Assembly: GCF_006345805.1 (NCBI RefSeq)
Contig: NC_042998.1
Location: forward strand, 173,042,001 to 173,106,000
Reading direction: 5' to 3'
Length of the DNA: 64,000 nt
Source: Octopus sinensis
Taxonomy: Eukaryota
Shown: one piece after another, positions 1 through 12,678 of the stretch
Layout: each line of letters starts with the position of its first letter
How positions within the stretch are numbered: position 1 is the first letter of the stretch
Notes under the pieces: model-generated
The model's database searches: none
Told to the model about the DNA's origin: nothing
The model's input: the letters and a program-made list of their open reading frames with translations, nothing else
Program-made: the position numbers and the translations under genes

Positions 1-810
1 TTATAATCTAGAAAAGTACACGACAAGCATATTTATACATAAAATATTGCAGCTATATTTATGATTTAAAAATATATTTAGATTAAAAAACTAAAAACAA
101 TACCTTTTATTAGCTGCTCTATAATTTAAAAAATTAACTCAATAAATTTAGGCTGACTGTTAGCAAAGAATAACATTTTTTAATAGCCCCATTCAAGATG
201 TTTTTTGAAAGTTTTTGAATACTCCCATATCTGTACGCAGTAGGTATATTGAGGTACTTACCTCCCACGACATTTCATACCATATGGGCTATGTAGCACC
301 TCGCCAAGATTTTTCTTATATGGTATACTACCTACCGAAGCAAAATTTTAATTAGGAAGAATACCCGTCTCTCCGGAAAATATCGCTTTACCCTCCCCTA
401 AGCCTCAACCTTACCATAAATGTATCAAGTGAACTTTCTCGTTTTTTGAAACTTCCAGAAGACCAGTCTTTTGGTATCTTTATCAATAACTTATAGTGTA
501 CCAATTTTTATCAAAAAGATGAGAAAAAAAGGGGATTTCAGTTGAATACTACTTTAGAAGTTTTAGTACTTCTTAAAAATATGTAAGTGAAAAAAATCAT
601 TTTGAATGGGGCTGTCGAAATTTATTTTATTCTTTGCTAACAATTATGAAAGTTTAATAAAGTTGAATTTATTGTTTGAGGTCTTTTTCTTTATAGAGTA
701 GCTAATAGAAGCTATTATTTTTAGTTTTTAAATCAGAATATACTTCGACTACAGTTGCGATATTTTAAGTATAGATATGCTTGTCTTGTACTTTTCCAAG
801 TGTTATATCA
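1..810. mobile_element. Fold-back/MITE-like element with long imperfect terminal inverted repeats (left end runs off the window)
   Basis: 1-~215 is the imperfect reverse complement of ~590-810, e.g. gaaaagtacacgacaagcatatttatacataaaatattgc vs gcgatattttaagtatagatatgcttgtcttgtacttttc. No ORF inside. Confidence 0.6.
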
Positions 811-850
811 TAAGAATATAAACCTCCATGCGACTGCATTTTACACCGCA

Positions 851-932
851 ATACATACATACATACATACATACATACATACATACATGGATGGATGGAT
901 GGATGGATGGACATGCATGCATGCATGCATGC
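851..932. repeat. Compound tetranucleotide microsatellite (CATA)n-(GGAT)n-(CATG)n
   Basis: Seen directly. Confidence 0.95.
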
Positions 933-1310
933 CCTCCGTCGGTTACGACGATGAGGGTTCCGGTTGATCCGAATCAACGGAACAGCCTGCTCGTGAAATT
1001 AATGTGTAAGTGGCTGAGCACTCCACAGACACGTGCACCCTTAACGTAGTTCTCGGGGATATTCAGCGTGACACAGAGAGTGACAAGGCCGGCCCCTTGA
1101 AATACAGGTACAACAGAAACAGGAAGTAAGAGTGAGAGAAAGTTGTGGTAAAAGAACAACAGGGATCACCACCATCCCCTGCCGGAGCCTCGTGGAGCTT
1201 TTAGGTGTTTTTGTCTCAATAAACACTCGCAATGCCCGGTCTGGGAATCGAAACCGCGATCCTATGACCGCGAGTCCGCTGCCCTAACCACTGGGCCATT
1301 GCGCCTCCAC
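933..1310 (-). mobile_element. tRNA-derived SINE, family A, near full length
   Basis: Minus-strand head gtggaggcgcaatggcccagtggttagggcagcggactcgcggtcataggatcgcggtttcgattccc has pol III A/B boxes. Paralogs at 3863-4052 and 8205-8540. Confidence 0.85.
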
Positions 1311-1447
1311 ATACATACATACATACATATATAATATATATTATTATATAATATATATATTATTATATATATATAATATATATATATATATTATATAATA
1401 TATATATATAGATAATATATATATAGATATATATATATATATATATA

Positions 1448-1490
<43 letters not shown>

Positions 1491-1517
1491 GCTTATATAT
1501 ATATATGTATATATAGA

Positions 1518-1550
<33 letters not shown>

Positions 1551-1651
1551 TAGATATATATTGTATATATATTATATATATATATAGTATATATATATAA
1601 TATATATATATTACTATATATATATATATATATATAGATATATATAATATA

Positions 1652-1693
<42 letters not shown>

Positions 1694-1740
1694 TATATAT
1701 GTATATATATATAGATATAATATATATATATATATATATC
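1311..1740. repeat. Long imperfect (TA)n microsatellite
   Basis: Seen directly; source of the spurious IY-repeat ORF 1363-1872. Confidence 0.95.
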
Positions 1741-2301
1741 CCACAGGCGATAGATATATCGGCAGGATGCCATACATGGTTGCTTCAGGAAGTAATGCTT
1801 ATAGATCAATAGGAATTCAAAGAAAAACGTAGTAGATAAATACAATAAAGCCAAAGAACCACTAAAAAGCATCAGAAAAATATAAAAGTAAATAAGATAG
1901 TTTTATTAAAGAAATTGTCTTCTAAAAAAAGATACGCCTACAAATATAGATCTATTTCCTAAAGAAAGTTAAGTGGAACATGCCAGTATTAATTTAAATG
2001 AATGAAACGTATGGTGAAAGGAGAATAAATAGATATGGTGAAAGGAGATAAATAAATAAAACAAGCAAATAAATATAATGGATAGTACACAGAAAACAAA
2101 AAGTAGAAAAATAAGGTTAAGAAATCAAATACGAGGACTTTAGTTGAAATTTCATGCCCTGTTGATTTTGAAAGATGTTGGCGTTATTTGAAGAACATTA
2201 ACATGTTATCAACATGCACACATAAAGACATTATGTAAATAGTCACAGACGTAAGCACACAGATATTAGATATATATATCGGTGCGCTTATGTCTGTGAT
2301 C

Positions 2302-2329
2302 TATATATATATATATATACATATATGTG

Positions 2330-2381
<52 letters not shown>

Positions 2382-2425
2382 ATATATATATATATATATA
2401 ATATATACTATATATACATACATAC

Positions 2426-2491
<66 letters not shown>
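2302..2491. repeat. (TA)n microsatellite
   Basis: Seen directly. Confidence 0.95.
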
Positions 2492-2494
<3 letters not shown>

Positions 2495-2611
2495 GTATAA
2501 GTCAGTAAATGCTGGGGTTGTGTTAACCGCAGGTGGAGAAAATATAGGAAAGGAAAAATAATAATACTAATTATTATTTTTTCCTTTCCGATATATATAT
2601 ATATATATATA

Positions 2612-3862
2612 TATAGGAAAGGAAAAATAATAATAATAAGGCAGAAGGCTAAACTGAAAGCAAATTTTAATTTAAATGGGTGTAAGAAAGATTAAGAAAG
2701 GAAATCAAAGCGTCTTTCATTGCAAGGCAAATTTTCAGAATGAGGAAGGGGGAAAAATTTTGAAGATGAGGAAGCGGAAAAAAATTATAATGTTGTGGGT
2801 GGAAATGTATGGAAGTATTTTGAGGTTGGGTGTGTTACTGTGTTGGATGGTTTTCAGTATGTTCTTGTCGAGTTTCTTGGCACGTTTTTTTCCTTAGTCT
2901 ATGAGTGTGGAGGGATATTGGCGTTGTAATAGTGTGTTTGTTTTGAGGTCTTGAAGGCGTATTTCTCGTGTGGTTGTGTCCGAGACAATGATGCAAATCC
3001 TTTTAGCTAAGTTGAAGGGGATATTTATCTTGGTGTGTTTTGGGTGGCATAAACTGAAGAGGAGGTATTATTGTGAGTCTGTAGGTTTGTGGTAGATGTC
3101 GGTTGTGGTTTGGTTGTTAGGTGTTTTTATAATTAGGCGATCAAGAAAAGGGAGATGATGTTTGCTGAATTCCATAGTGAATTGAATGTTGGGATGTATG
3201 TTGCTAAGTGTGGTTTCGAATTCCAGAAGTTTTTCATAAGATTCTTTCCATATGATGAAACAATAATCTAGGTATCTTTTCCAGTTTTCCATTAACTAGA
3301 TGTGGAAAAGGTGTTTAAATTTCTGGCGTGATATCCAATAGAGTGATTGTTCGAAGAAGCCTATAATGAGGTTGGCAAGGACTGATGCAGCTTTGGTACT
3401 AATTGCGATACCACAGTTTTGACGGTAGTATGTATTTTCGAACAGGAAGTAATTGTTTGTCAGAATGAACTTGAATGATTCCATAATGAAGGTCTTACTA
3501 ATGAAGTTAGGAAATGCTTCTGAGTGTTTCTCCAGTCATAAATCAATTGCTTCAATATCATATTCATGTGAGATATTGGTATAGAGGTTGATAACAGCAA
3601 AGGAAACCAAGTATGCCTCTTCGTTGTTGTTTTCGAGAGGTGCTTGTGCATGTCAAGATCATCTCTAAAGAAACTTTTGATGTCACTGAGGTAAGGTTTC
3701 AAAAGAATGTCCAGGAAATTGCTTAAGCGGTGTGTTTCGCAGGAGATGCCAGCTATGATAGGTCTTAGCTTTCAGTCCACCGGTGCCTGGATATTGATGT
3801 GGATGTCAGAGGAGAGTTTACAGGTTTCGGTGGTGGATGAGTTTTAATGGATTTTAAGGAGG
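2612..3862 (-). mobile_element. Penelope-like element: degenerate RT, internally deleted (GIY-YIG missing), plus 3' terminus
   Basis: Minus-frame motifs KLRPIIAG..CETHRLSNFLDILLKP, FILTNNYFLF...Q..G.A, WKRYLDYCFIIW, LPFLD, TDIYHKPTDS, HPKHTKINIPFNLAKRI; stops and frameshifts present. Confidence 0.9.
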
Positions 3863-4052
3863 CCATAGAAAAAATAGAAGAAAGAATGAGAGAAAAAGTA
3901 CAGCAGGTTTTGCCACCACGTTCTGTCGGAGCCTCGTGGAGCTTTAAGTGTTTTCGTTCAATAATGACTCACAACGCCCGGTCTTGGAATCGGAACAGCG
4001 ATCCTACGACCGCGAGTCCGCTGCCGTAACCAATGGACCATTGAGCCTCCAC
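3863..4052 (-). mobile_element. SINE family A, 5' half, abutting the PLE 5' truncation point
   Basis: Homologous to the head region of 933-1310; reverse-complement paralog of 8205-8390. Confidence 0.85.
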
Positions 4053-4621
4053 TTCATAATATATAATATACGGTATATATATATATATATATTCCACTCA
4101 TGATTAGGTCTGCACAGCCAAAACAGCAGTCTTTGATAAAATAACGAATTTACGCACCTCAAGTTCTGAACTTATCAAATTCCAACCATCATTCCATCCC
4201 CCATCTCGGTTAGTCACGCTACCCTAACATGTCACCTATTAGGGTAGTGTCACTATTTTCAACAGTTTAATAACAAGGCTTAAATTATAAGCAATATTTC
4301 CATGAATTTAGGACAGCTTCATAACAAATGTTAAACTAAAATCTATGTGATTTCTATAAACAAAATATGTTTATAAAATACTGTGATCAAATGTCCTGCC
4401 CCATTCCTATACATGAAAAATTATACAAACCACGTGCACACAGAAACAATTGCAGCTTGTGTGCAGATGCGAATGAAAGGCGAGCTTTTGTTTTGTTTTT
4501 TGTTTGTAGTAGGCCCTGATCATACTTTGCGTCAGTTTATACACACTCACACACACATATACATGTGTATATAAACTTACGCAGGGTATGATCAACGACT
4601 ACTAAAAAAAAATTCTAGCCT

Positions 4622-5755
4622 CTGTGCGGGGACCACCACGGATTGCTGGTCTGCCTACAAAAGATCCTATCTGGGGATGACGGCAAACTGACTGGACCCC
4701 AAGACACGTACGAGGCAACACACCGTCCTGACCTGTTCTCGGTTCGGAGGACATCATACCTTTGATGTCTCGCTTAATCCCTATTGGACACCCATTTCAA
4801 GATCTATCTGCAAGCCAAGGTGACCAGGACCACGACGGACAACGGGAAAAACTTTGTCGAAACATTTATGCAGTTTGGTACAGAAGTTGAACTCTTGCCA
4901 AATATTTCTCAGGCTGCTGCTGATCTGGACGTGTAGGGCGTGGAGGCTGTGGACATGGACGTTGACCCGAGGTTGGGTATGTAGATGAAGTTGAATACAT
5001 CTCTGTTGATGCTGTACTTGACGAGCCCGGCGGCCAAACTCTCAACTTGGCAGTGAACATGAAGTGCGCAGCTCATACCTTTGGCTTGGTAGCCAACATG
5101 GATGCCGACAAGGCTCTTGACAGCGCTTCTTTCAAGTCGGCATACAAGAAGGCCATGTCCAAAGCACAGCGGCTGGGGAATCTGCACAGTGGCGAGGGAC
5201 AGCATTCTGGACGCGTTGAAGAGGAGGCTGTTGATCTTCAACAGTACCTGTTGGAACTCTACCTATGATTCTTTTGTTAACCTCAACAACCTGCTGTAGA
5301 AGAATAGGGGAGCTGTCCACAGGGTGATGACACAGTTGAAGCTGCAGACTTTCAGTGATTCTAATGTCGCTCTCCCTTTTGATTCGTTTAATACTTTTTG
5401 TAAAGTAAATAAAGTGCATGTTGGCTGAAAAACTAATGATTAATCTCATTTGTTCACTTAATTATTTACGTACATCTTGATCATCTTTTGAGCTTGGCAT
5501 TCTATACCTTTTTGGAAAGCTCTATGTCTAACTACAACATGGAAACTTCAGGTCTCTAGGTCTGTTTTCAAGGGTTTTAGAGCCCCCCCCCAAAAAAAAG
5601 CCCACCGAATCTTAATTCATACGATAAAAGTTAGCGGTTACCAGTTAGCGTTAGCTTCCGGTATTTTTTATACCTGTTTAGCGGTTTAGCGTTTGCAATG
5701 TCAATTTTTTATTTAGACGGTTAGGGGTTATCGAAGCTAACACTTTGGTTAGCTG
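4622..5755 (+). pseudogene. Degenerate hAT transposase (catalytic region) with 3' subterminal repeats
   Basis: Translated motifs TTDCWSA.KRSYLGMTA, GHHTFD, TTTDNGKNFV, KCAAHTFGLVA (CxxH), N.T.WNSTYD. Repeated ttagcg(g) motifs at ~5620-5755. Confidence 0.9.
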
Positions 5756-5756
5756 T

Positions 5757-5806
5757 ATACATATATACATACATATATACATACATACATACATATATAT
5801 ATACAT

Positions 5807-5856
<50 letters not shown>

Positions 5857-5861
5857 GTATG

Positions 5862-5940
<79 letters not shown>

Positions 5941-5948
5941 GCGCGCGC
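5757..5948. repeat. Compound (TA)n/(CA)n/(CG)n microsatellite
   Basis: Seen directly. Confidence 0.95.
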
Positions 5949-6719
5949 AGCCAACGAAATATATCTTCATTGACTAGACCAAATCGACGGCAAACATCCA
6001 GCGTCAAATATAACAAGTGCACAAGTAGAACACAGTCAACACGTAGTTTTATTTAGAATATATTTGTCAACACATGTGCATAGAATATATTCCTCACAGA
6101 CGCAAGCGAAATTTTCAGAATATTGACAACACGTTTTATTTTCCGGATGTTGATAAAATGTGCAACCACGCACAAAATGACAGCTTCCAAATCCTGTTTT
6201 CTCTATGGTGAAAATTAGCAAAAATTAAACCTCTATAACTTTTAATTAAAAATTTTATGGTAAAAGTGAAATATCTCCTGAGATTCAGCTTGGAAAACTA
6301 CATTAACGTATCAAATTTTAAAAGTTTTGATGAACTTTGAATTTTCGAAAATTGGCAGTGAATCTGATATGATCCAAAGAATCTTTCTTTTCATAATCAT
6401 ATGCATTACTGAATGTAGGGCATAATTCGCAAAAGTTTTCTGAAATTCCAAAACCATAAAAAAGTTGAGGGGTTACATATGGTGTTTCAAACAAATTCCG
6501 CCTTTGGTCTTTTATATTTTTATTGGTTCTTTTTCTTTTCTTCATGTGAAAGTATGCTGTTAATAGAAACTATGTTTAATGTCACTTAATCTAATTAGTG
6601 ATCAGCTTCTATTTAAATTATTACTGCATATTAGTGTTTTGTGCCATAATGTGTGTATATGCGCCTGTAGGTGCAACCGCGGGTATGTATGTATGTACAT
6701 ATATATATATATATATATA

Positions 6720-6847
6720 TAGGAAAGGGAAAAAATAATAAGGCAGAATGCTAAACTGAAGGAAAATTTTAATGTAAATTGGTGTAAGAAAGATTAAAAG
6801 AGGAAATCAAACCAGCTTTCATTGAAAGGCAAATTTTTAGGATGAGG
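6720..6847 (-). mobile_element. PLE 3' terminal fragment
   Basis: Direct paralog of 2615-2745 (ggaaagg..aaaaataataa..ggcagaa..ctaaactgaa). Confidence 0.75.
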
Positions 6848-7135
6848 AATATTTGGCAAGAGTTCAACTTCTGTACCAAACTGCGTAAATGTCTCGACAA
6901 AACTTTTACCGTTGTCCGTCGTGGTCCTAGTCACCTTGTCCTGCAGATGGAACTTGTAATGGGTGTCCAATAGGGCCTGGGCGAGACATCAAAGGTATGA
7001 TGTTCTCTTAGCCGACAGCAGGTCAGGACAGCGTGTTGTCTCGTGTGTGTCTTGTGGTCCAGTCAGTTTGACGTCATACCCAGATAGGACCCTTTGTAAG
7101 CAGACCAGCAATCAGTGGTTGTCGCCACACAGAGG
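6848..7135 (-). pseudogene. hAT transposase fragment, inverted paralog of 4622-4910
   Basis: Reverse complement aligns to 4622-4910. Confidence 0.85.
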
Positions 7136-7341
7136 ACATCCTTGAGCAATCTGTAATTAGAAATGATAAATTGTAAAGAGACATACGTTGTTAAGTTAAA
7201 AACTTATACAAACCACATGCACACAAAAACAATTGCAGCTTGCCTGGAGATGCGGATGAGAGGGTAGCTTTTTTTTAGTAGGCGTTGATCATACCCTGCA
7301 TCAGTTTATATACATATACATATATATATATATATATATAT

Positions 7342-7674
7342 GAAGGCGCATGGCTCAGTGGTTAGAGCTTACGATCGTGAGGTTGTGAGCTCGAATCCCG
7401 GACCGGGCTGCGTGTTGTGTTCTCGAGCAAGGCAGTTTATTTCACGTTGCTCCAGTTCACTCAGCTGTAGAAATGAGTTGCGACGTCACAGGTGCCAAGC
7501 TGTATCGACCTTTGTCTTTCCCTTGGATAACACTGGTGGCGTGGAGAGGGGAGGCCGGTATGCATGGGCGACTGCTGGTCTTCCATAAACAACCTTGCCC
7601 GGACTTGTATCTAGGAAGGTAACTTTCTAGGTGCAATCCCATGGTCATTCATGACCGAAGGGGGTCTTTACCCT

Positions 7675-7676
<2 letters not shown>
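7342..7676 (+). mobile_element. tRNA-derived SINE, family B
   Basis: Head gaaggcgcatggctcagtggttagagc...gagctcgaatccc; central tgttctcgagcaaggcagtttatttcacgttgctccagttcactcagctg resembles conserved SINE core domains (from recall). Confidence 0.8.
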
Positions 7677-7705
<29 letters not shown>

Positions 7706-8204
7706 CGTGCGTGTGTGTGTGTGTGTGTTTAAACTGACTCAGAGTATGAAAATGAAAAACAAAACAAAAGCTCGCCTTTCATCTGCATCTGCTCACAAGC
7801 TGCAATTGTTTCCGTGTGCACGTGGTTTGTATAACTTTTCATGTATAGGAATGGGGCAGGACATTTGATTGCAGTATTTTATGACCATATTTTGTTCATA
7901 GAAATCACATAGATTTTAGTTTAACATATGTTATGAAGCTGTTCTAAATTCATGGAAATATTGCTTATAATTTAAGCCTTGATATTAAACTGTTGAAAAT
8001 AGTGACATTACCCTAATAGCTGACATGTTAGGGTGGCGTGACTAACCGAGATGGGGGACGGAATGATAGCTGGAATTTGATAAGTTCAGAACTTGAGGTG
8101 CGTAAATTCGTTATTTTATTAAAGACTGCTGTTTCGGCTGTGCAGACTTAATGATGAGTGGAATATATATATATATATATATTCCGTGTATTATATATTA
8201 TGAA

Positions 8205-8540
8205 GTGGAGGCTCAATAGTCCAGTGGTTATGGCAGCGGACTCGCGGTCGTAGGATCGCTGTTCTGATTTCCAGCCCGGGTGTTGTGAGTCTTTATTGAG
8301 CGAAAACACCTAAAGCTCCGCGTGAATCTGGCAGATGTGGTGGCAAAACCGGCTGTACCCTGTCTCTCATTCTTTCTTCATTTTTCTGTTGTACCTGTAT
8401 TTCAAAGGATCAGCCTTGTCACACTCTGCGTCACGCTGAATCTCCCAGAGAACTACATTAAGGGTGCTCGTGTCTGTGGAGTGCTCAGTCACTTGCACGT
8501 TAAATTCACGTGCAGGATGTTCCGTTGACATAACCGACGT
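8205..8540 (+). mobile_element. SINE family A
   Basis: Homologous to 933-1310 over most of its length. Confidence 0.85.
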
Positions 8541-8639
8541 AGTTCCACGATACGATATATTATGGCATTTATTTCATTTACATTTAAGAAAATATGATGT
8601 ACGCCATAATAATTTAATAAACTTGTATAATTTTAATTT

Positions 8640-8900
8640 ATAAAAACCTTGCAAGATAATGCTCGAGCAGTTAATGGCTGGCCAAGATCATCCTGCCCAG
8701 GTTGCGGCAGAACATCGACGTCTTGATCAGGCTGACAAAAGTGGGAAGACTCCACGACATGCAGCGGTAGCATGCTGTCGACAAACAGGTCTACAATCCT
8801 TTTGTCTACCATAGACTGACGTACATCAGTGCCAGCATTTTGGGCAAACAATTCACCAATACTGGGCTGGCGTGCTTTCTTTGCACATGACTGTGACGAC
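8640..8900 (-). pseudogene. hAT transposase N-terminal (Hermes-type dimerisation/DNA-binding) fragment
   Basis: QSMVDKRIVDLFVDSMLPLHVVESSHF matches the hAT 'i..d..P~s.ve..gF' pattern; same strand as 6848-7135. Confidence 0.7.
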
Positions 8901-8929
8901 TGGCTACTGGCGTCTTATAACGTGTACGC

Positions 8930-9490
8930 GTAGTATGCACGCACATACACACGCCTATATACGCTCATACCCGCACACGTCTATATATGCACACACACAC
9001 GCACGCATAAAAAAGATCATACAAACGTCTATACAAAGAAAAAACAGGGTTAAAGGCAAAAGTACAGGAAAATGTGTAAAAACACTGAGTAAAGCACATC
9101 TATATACGCACATACTCGCATGCACGCACACACGCACACAACTATATACGCACATATCCGCACACATACACACGCGCGCACAAAAAGAATCCCTATACAC
9201 GTCTATATACGCATAGGGAAAAAAGCAGAGTGGAAGTTAGAACACAGAAAAATTATGTGTAAAAAATATATAAGCAATAAACCTAAAAACCAATATCTCT
9301 ATAAATATGTAAGAAATATATGTATAAAAAATATAAATAAAAATATATAAGAAATATAAGTAAAAAGTATAAAGAGATAAAAAGCTTGTGCGTGGACTCA
9401 ATATAGAAAGCAAGTTCTATCTGAAGTCTCAGGGGGACCAAAAACTTAACAGATATTTGGCCACATATGGGCATGATCCGAATATTTGTG
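8930..9490 (-). mobile_element. PLE 3' region (EN C-terminus and CA/A-rich 3' UTR)
   Basis: Paralogous to 21220-21860, which directly follows a GIY-YIG frame. Confidence 0.6.
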
Positions 9491-10290
9491 GCCATACATT
9501 AATCTTCACCGCAAAATATAACATCACACTTTTCACAATGCCATTTCAATACTTGAACTTGAACACATGTACTTTTAATTTAAAAAGGAAAAAAAATCCA
9601 GTCGAAAGTTCGAATGCATTCGAACATACCATTATTATTCTACATATTATTCTAGCAGTATGTTTAATGTGTGGTGAGAACAATCCCGTAATGAATGAAT
9701 GCAAAAAAAAAAAAAAAAGAAGATAACAAGCAAATCTATCCCGTCAATGAATGCAAAATAGCTAAAAATTACAAATATATCTGACTGCTATCTGTTTGCC
9801 TTTATAAGTCACTATTTTAAAGTAAGTTATGAATCAGTTTGTCAGATCTCAGCTGTTTTTCAAGCGAGGATATAAGTTTCAACGACAAACAAATGTCGTT
9901 CTTATTGACATTCGTTTGCATCGTGATTTTCTTTTTTTCTAGTGGTTATTGGAATTCTGTCAAACAGCCGTATACTTTGTAATGTTATTGGCACAAAATA
10001 CTGGCGTGTTAAATAAACTCAGCTTTTGATTTGGTATCTCTCCTGATCTCTATTCCCTTTACATCTCTTTTCATGTTTCTATATTATCTATGTTTCTATC
10101 TTTCTCTCTGCGTCTCCCTCTCCCCTCCACATAGTCCCACAAACACAAATACATCAATATGCGTTTAGGTATAGAAACATAAAGTATACGTACATGCCTG
10201 CACACACATATATAGGAAAAGTATGTATGTTTGCGTGAATGCAGCCGTATATGTATATATCTATATCTACACACACACACATACATACGA

Positions 10291-10346
<56 letters not shown>

Positions 10347-11284
10347 ATAAACATGCATATGTACACACACACATATATATATATGATTGTATATTTATGT
10401 ATATATCGATGTCTGTATATAAGTGCATACGTATATATCATATATGTGTATACGCGCACACACACACCGCATACACACACATTTTTAAGTTGTAAAATAT
10501 TTGACAGTCACAGTATTTGAAGACAAATTGTCTTAATTTATAAATTATCGGTTATATAGAAAAATTGGACAGAGCAAAATCAAAAATATTCGAGAATGTC
10601 AAGGAATTAAAGATTAATCCAAATATGAATTTATGAATTTCAAAGCAAAAAATCTCGTTTACTGCATTACATGTTTACAATGCAATGAGAACTACATCAG
10701 CGGAACAGGATCAGAATTAAACATAGGAATAGTGTACATATAAAAAAAAATTTAATTAAAAGAAAAGAGAGAAAAATCACAGATCCATTTCTTAGGAATG
10801 TTTTCTGTATTGAGCATCTAGGCATGTGAGCATATAGAAATTTCAAAATATTCAGTTTTTACAATTAAAGGAAGGAAATGATCAACTACGAAAGGCAAAA
10901 TAAGAATAATTTATAAAAATTATAAATATGAATATAAACCAGCAAAGTCAACACCACAACTGAAAACAACTTCTTTAATGCTGATTATCTTATGACACGC
11001 ATATTTGAAAAACCAAAACAACGCAATGTCATGAAGTTTAAATTTTTCACGTTCGCAACCGAATGTATTGGTCAATCTGTAAATAGTCGCTTATGATTTG
11101 TGATATAAATAGTACATGCTTATGATTTGTTATTGATGAAATTGTTTTAATTTTATTGTTTTGTAATCTATTAACTGTGTTAATTTATGGTTGGTACAAT
11201 TCATGTTATATTCTCGCATTTACAAAATTTAGACAATGTGTTCATCTATCTAAAATTAGTATTTTATTTTTTTAAATCCTTTTT

Positions 11285-11700
11285 TTATTTTATCTAGTTT
11301 CAGCTCACGATCTGTGGCCATGCTGGGGCACCGCCATTTGGTATTGCTACATGATTTTACTTCACGGATGCTTTTTAGCAATTTCCATTTGGTGCATGAG
11401 AGAGTTCGACGCAGCTGCCCTCATCTGCACCTCCTGCCGTGAAGCTGGTTCATCTGGGACACCTGACAGGAAGAGATCCAGTTTTATTTTAAAGACATCT
11501 GCACCCAACCCATGCAGGTCTCTCAGGTTCTTCCGGGGGATATTGAAGAGCTGTGGGCCTCTGAAGCCCAGGCTATCACAGTATATTGTCCTACATCTTG
11601 ATGGCAAATTTGGAGTCCTTAGCACTATGCAATGGCGCCCAGTTCTAGCATTTGTGTAACTCTCGATGCCAAAGTTTGGGACAAGTCCCTCTAGGATCTT
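11285..11700 (-). mobile_element. CR1-group LINE 3' end (ORF2 C-terminus and 3' UTR)
   Basis: LEGLVPNFGI..., DSLGFRGPQLFNI..NLRDLHG...FKIKLDLFLSGVPDEP; 3' UTR ends atggcggtgccccagcatggccacagatcgtgagctgaaactaga followed by an A-rich tail. Confidence 0.85.
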
Positions 11701-12076
11701 CCTATTATTATAATATATTTTATATTTTGCGCTTTAGATTTCCTAATAGGCTGTGTTCTCAGACGGATTTGTTGCGTTGTATTTTTTTTACTGTATTGAT
11801 CTATAGTTTGATGCATTAGATTTTTGAAGTGACATGTATTGATTAGCTCAGTCTTCAACGAAAGAGGTTGCAACGCAAACATACGTCACTTCATCGTGAA
11901 ATAAGATTATGAATGTCTCCAAACGGTGACAATTAATTTAGCAGCTTTAGTGTTTCGAATGAACTACAAGTAATTCGGGTCTTCTTCCGAAAATATATGC
12001 AAACAATGATAAAATGAATAAAATTAGATTACACTCCAGTGTTTCACACATTTCTAACAGAAAATCTGTCCCTCAA

Positions 12077-12310
<234 letters not shown>

Positions 12311-12329
12311 AAAGGTTGACAAGGAACAC

Positions 12330-12603
12330 ACGAGTTGATATATATGGAAAAAAGTCAAGGTAGAAAATGCTAAAATAATTTTATTAAGAACATATTAGTA
12401 CCGGTTTCACTCATTGAGACTTTTTCAACTGTAAGTATGGAACACAATTAAATTTTGGAAAAGTTTTTTCAAAGAATATTTGCACAGTATTCAAATACAA
12501 GGGGCATTTTCGTTGTTTCTGCACGTCTCTGTCTCTCTTGTTTACTCTTGTGGGTTCGAGGTCGTTGTGAATTCTTGTTGTTATTAATAATAATAATAAC
12601 AAC

Positions 12604-12678
<75 letters not shown>

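Noticed and set aside
2690-2745. Hammerhead-like CTGAAAA...GAAAG at the PLE 3' end (also ~6790-6845)
   Set aside because: C3-A8 mismatch, weak stems I and III, and further core damage in the second copy; at best a decayed relic.
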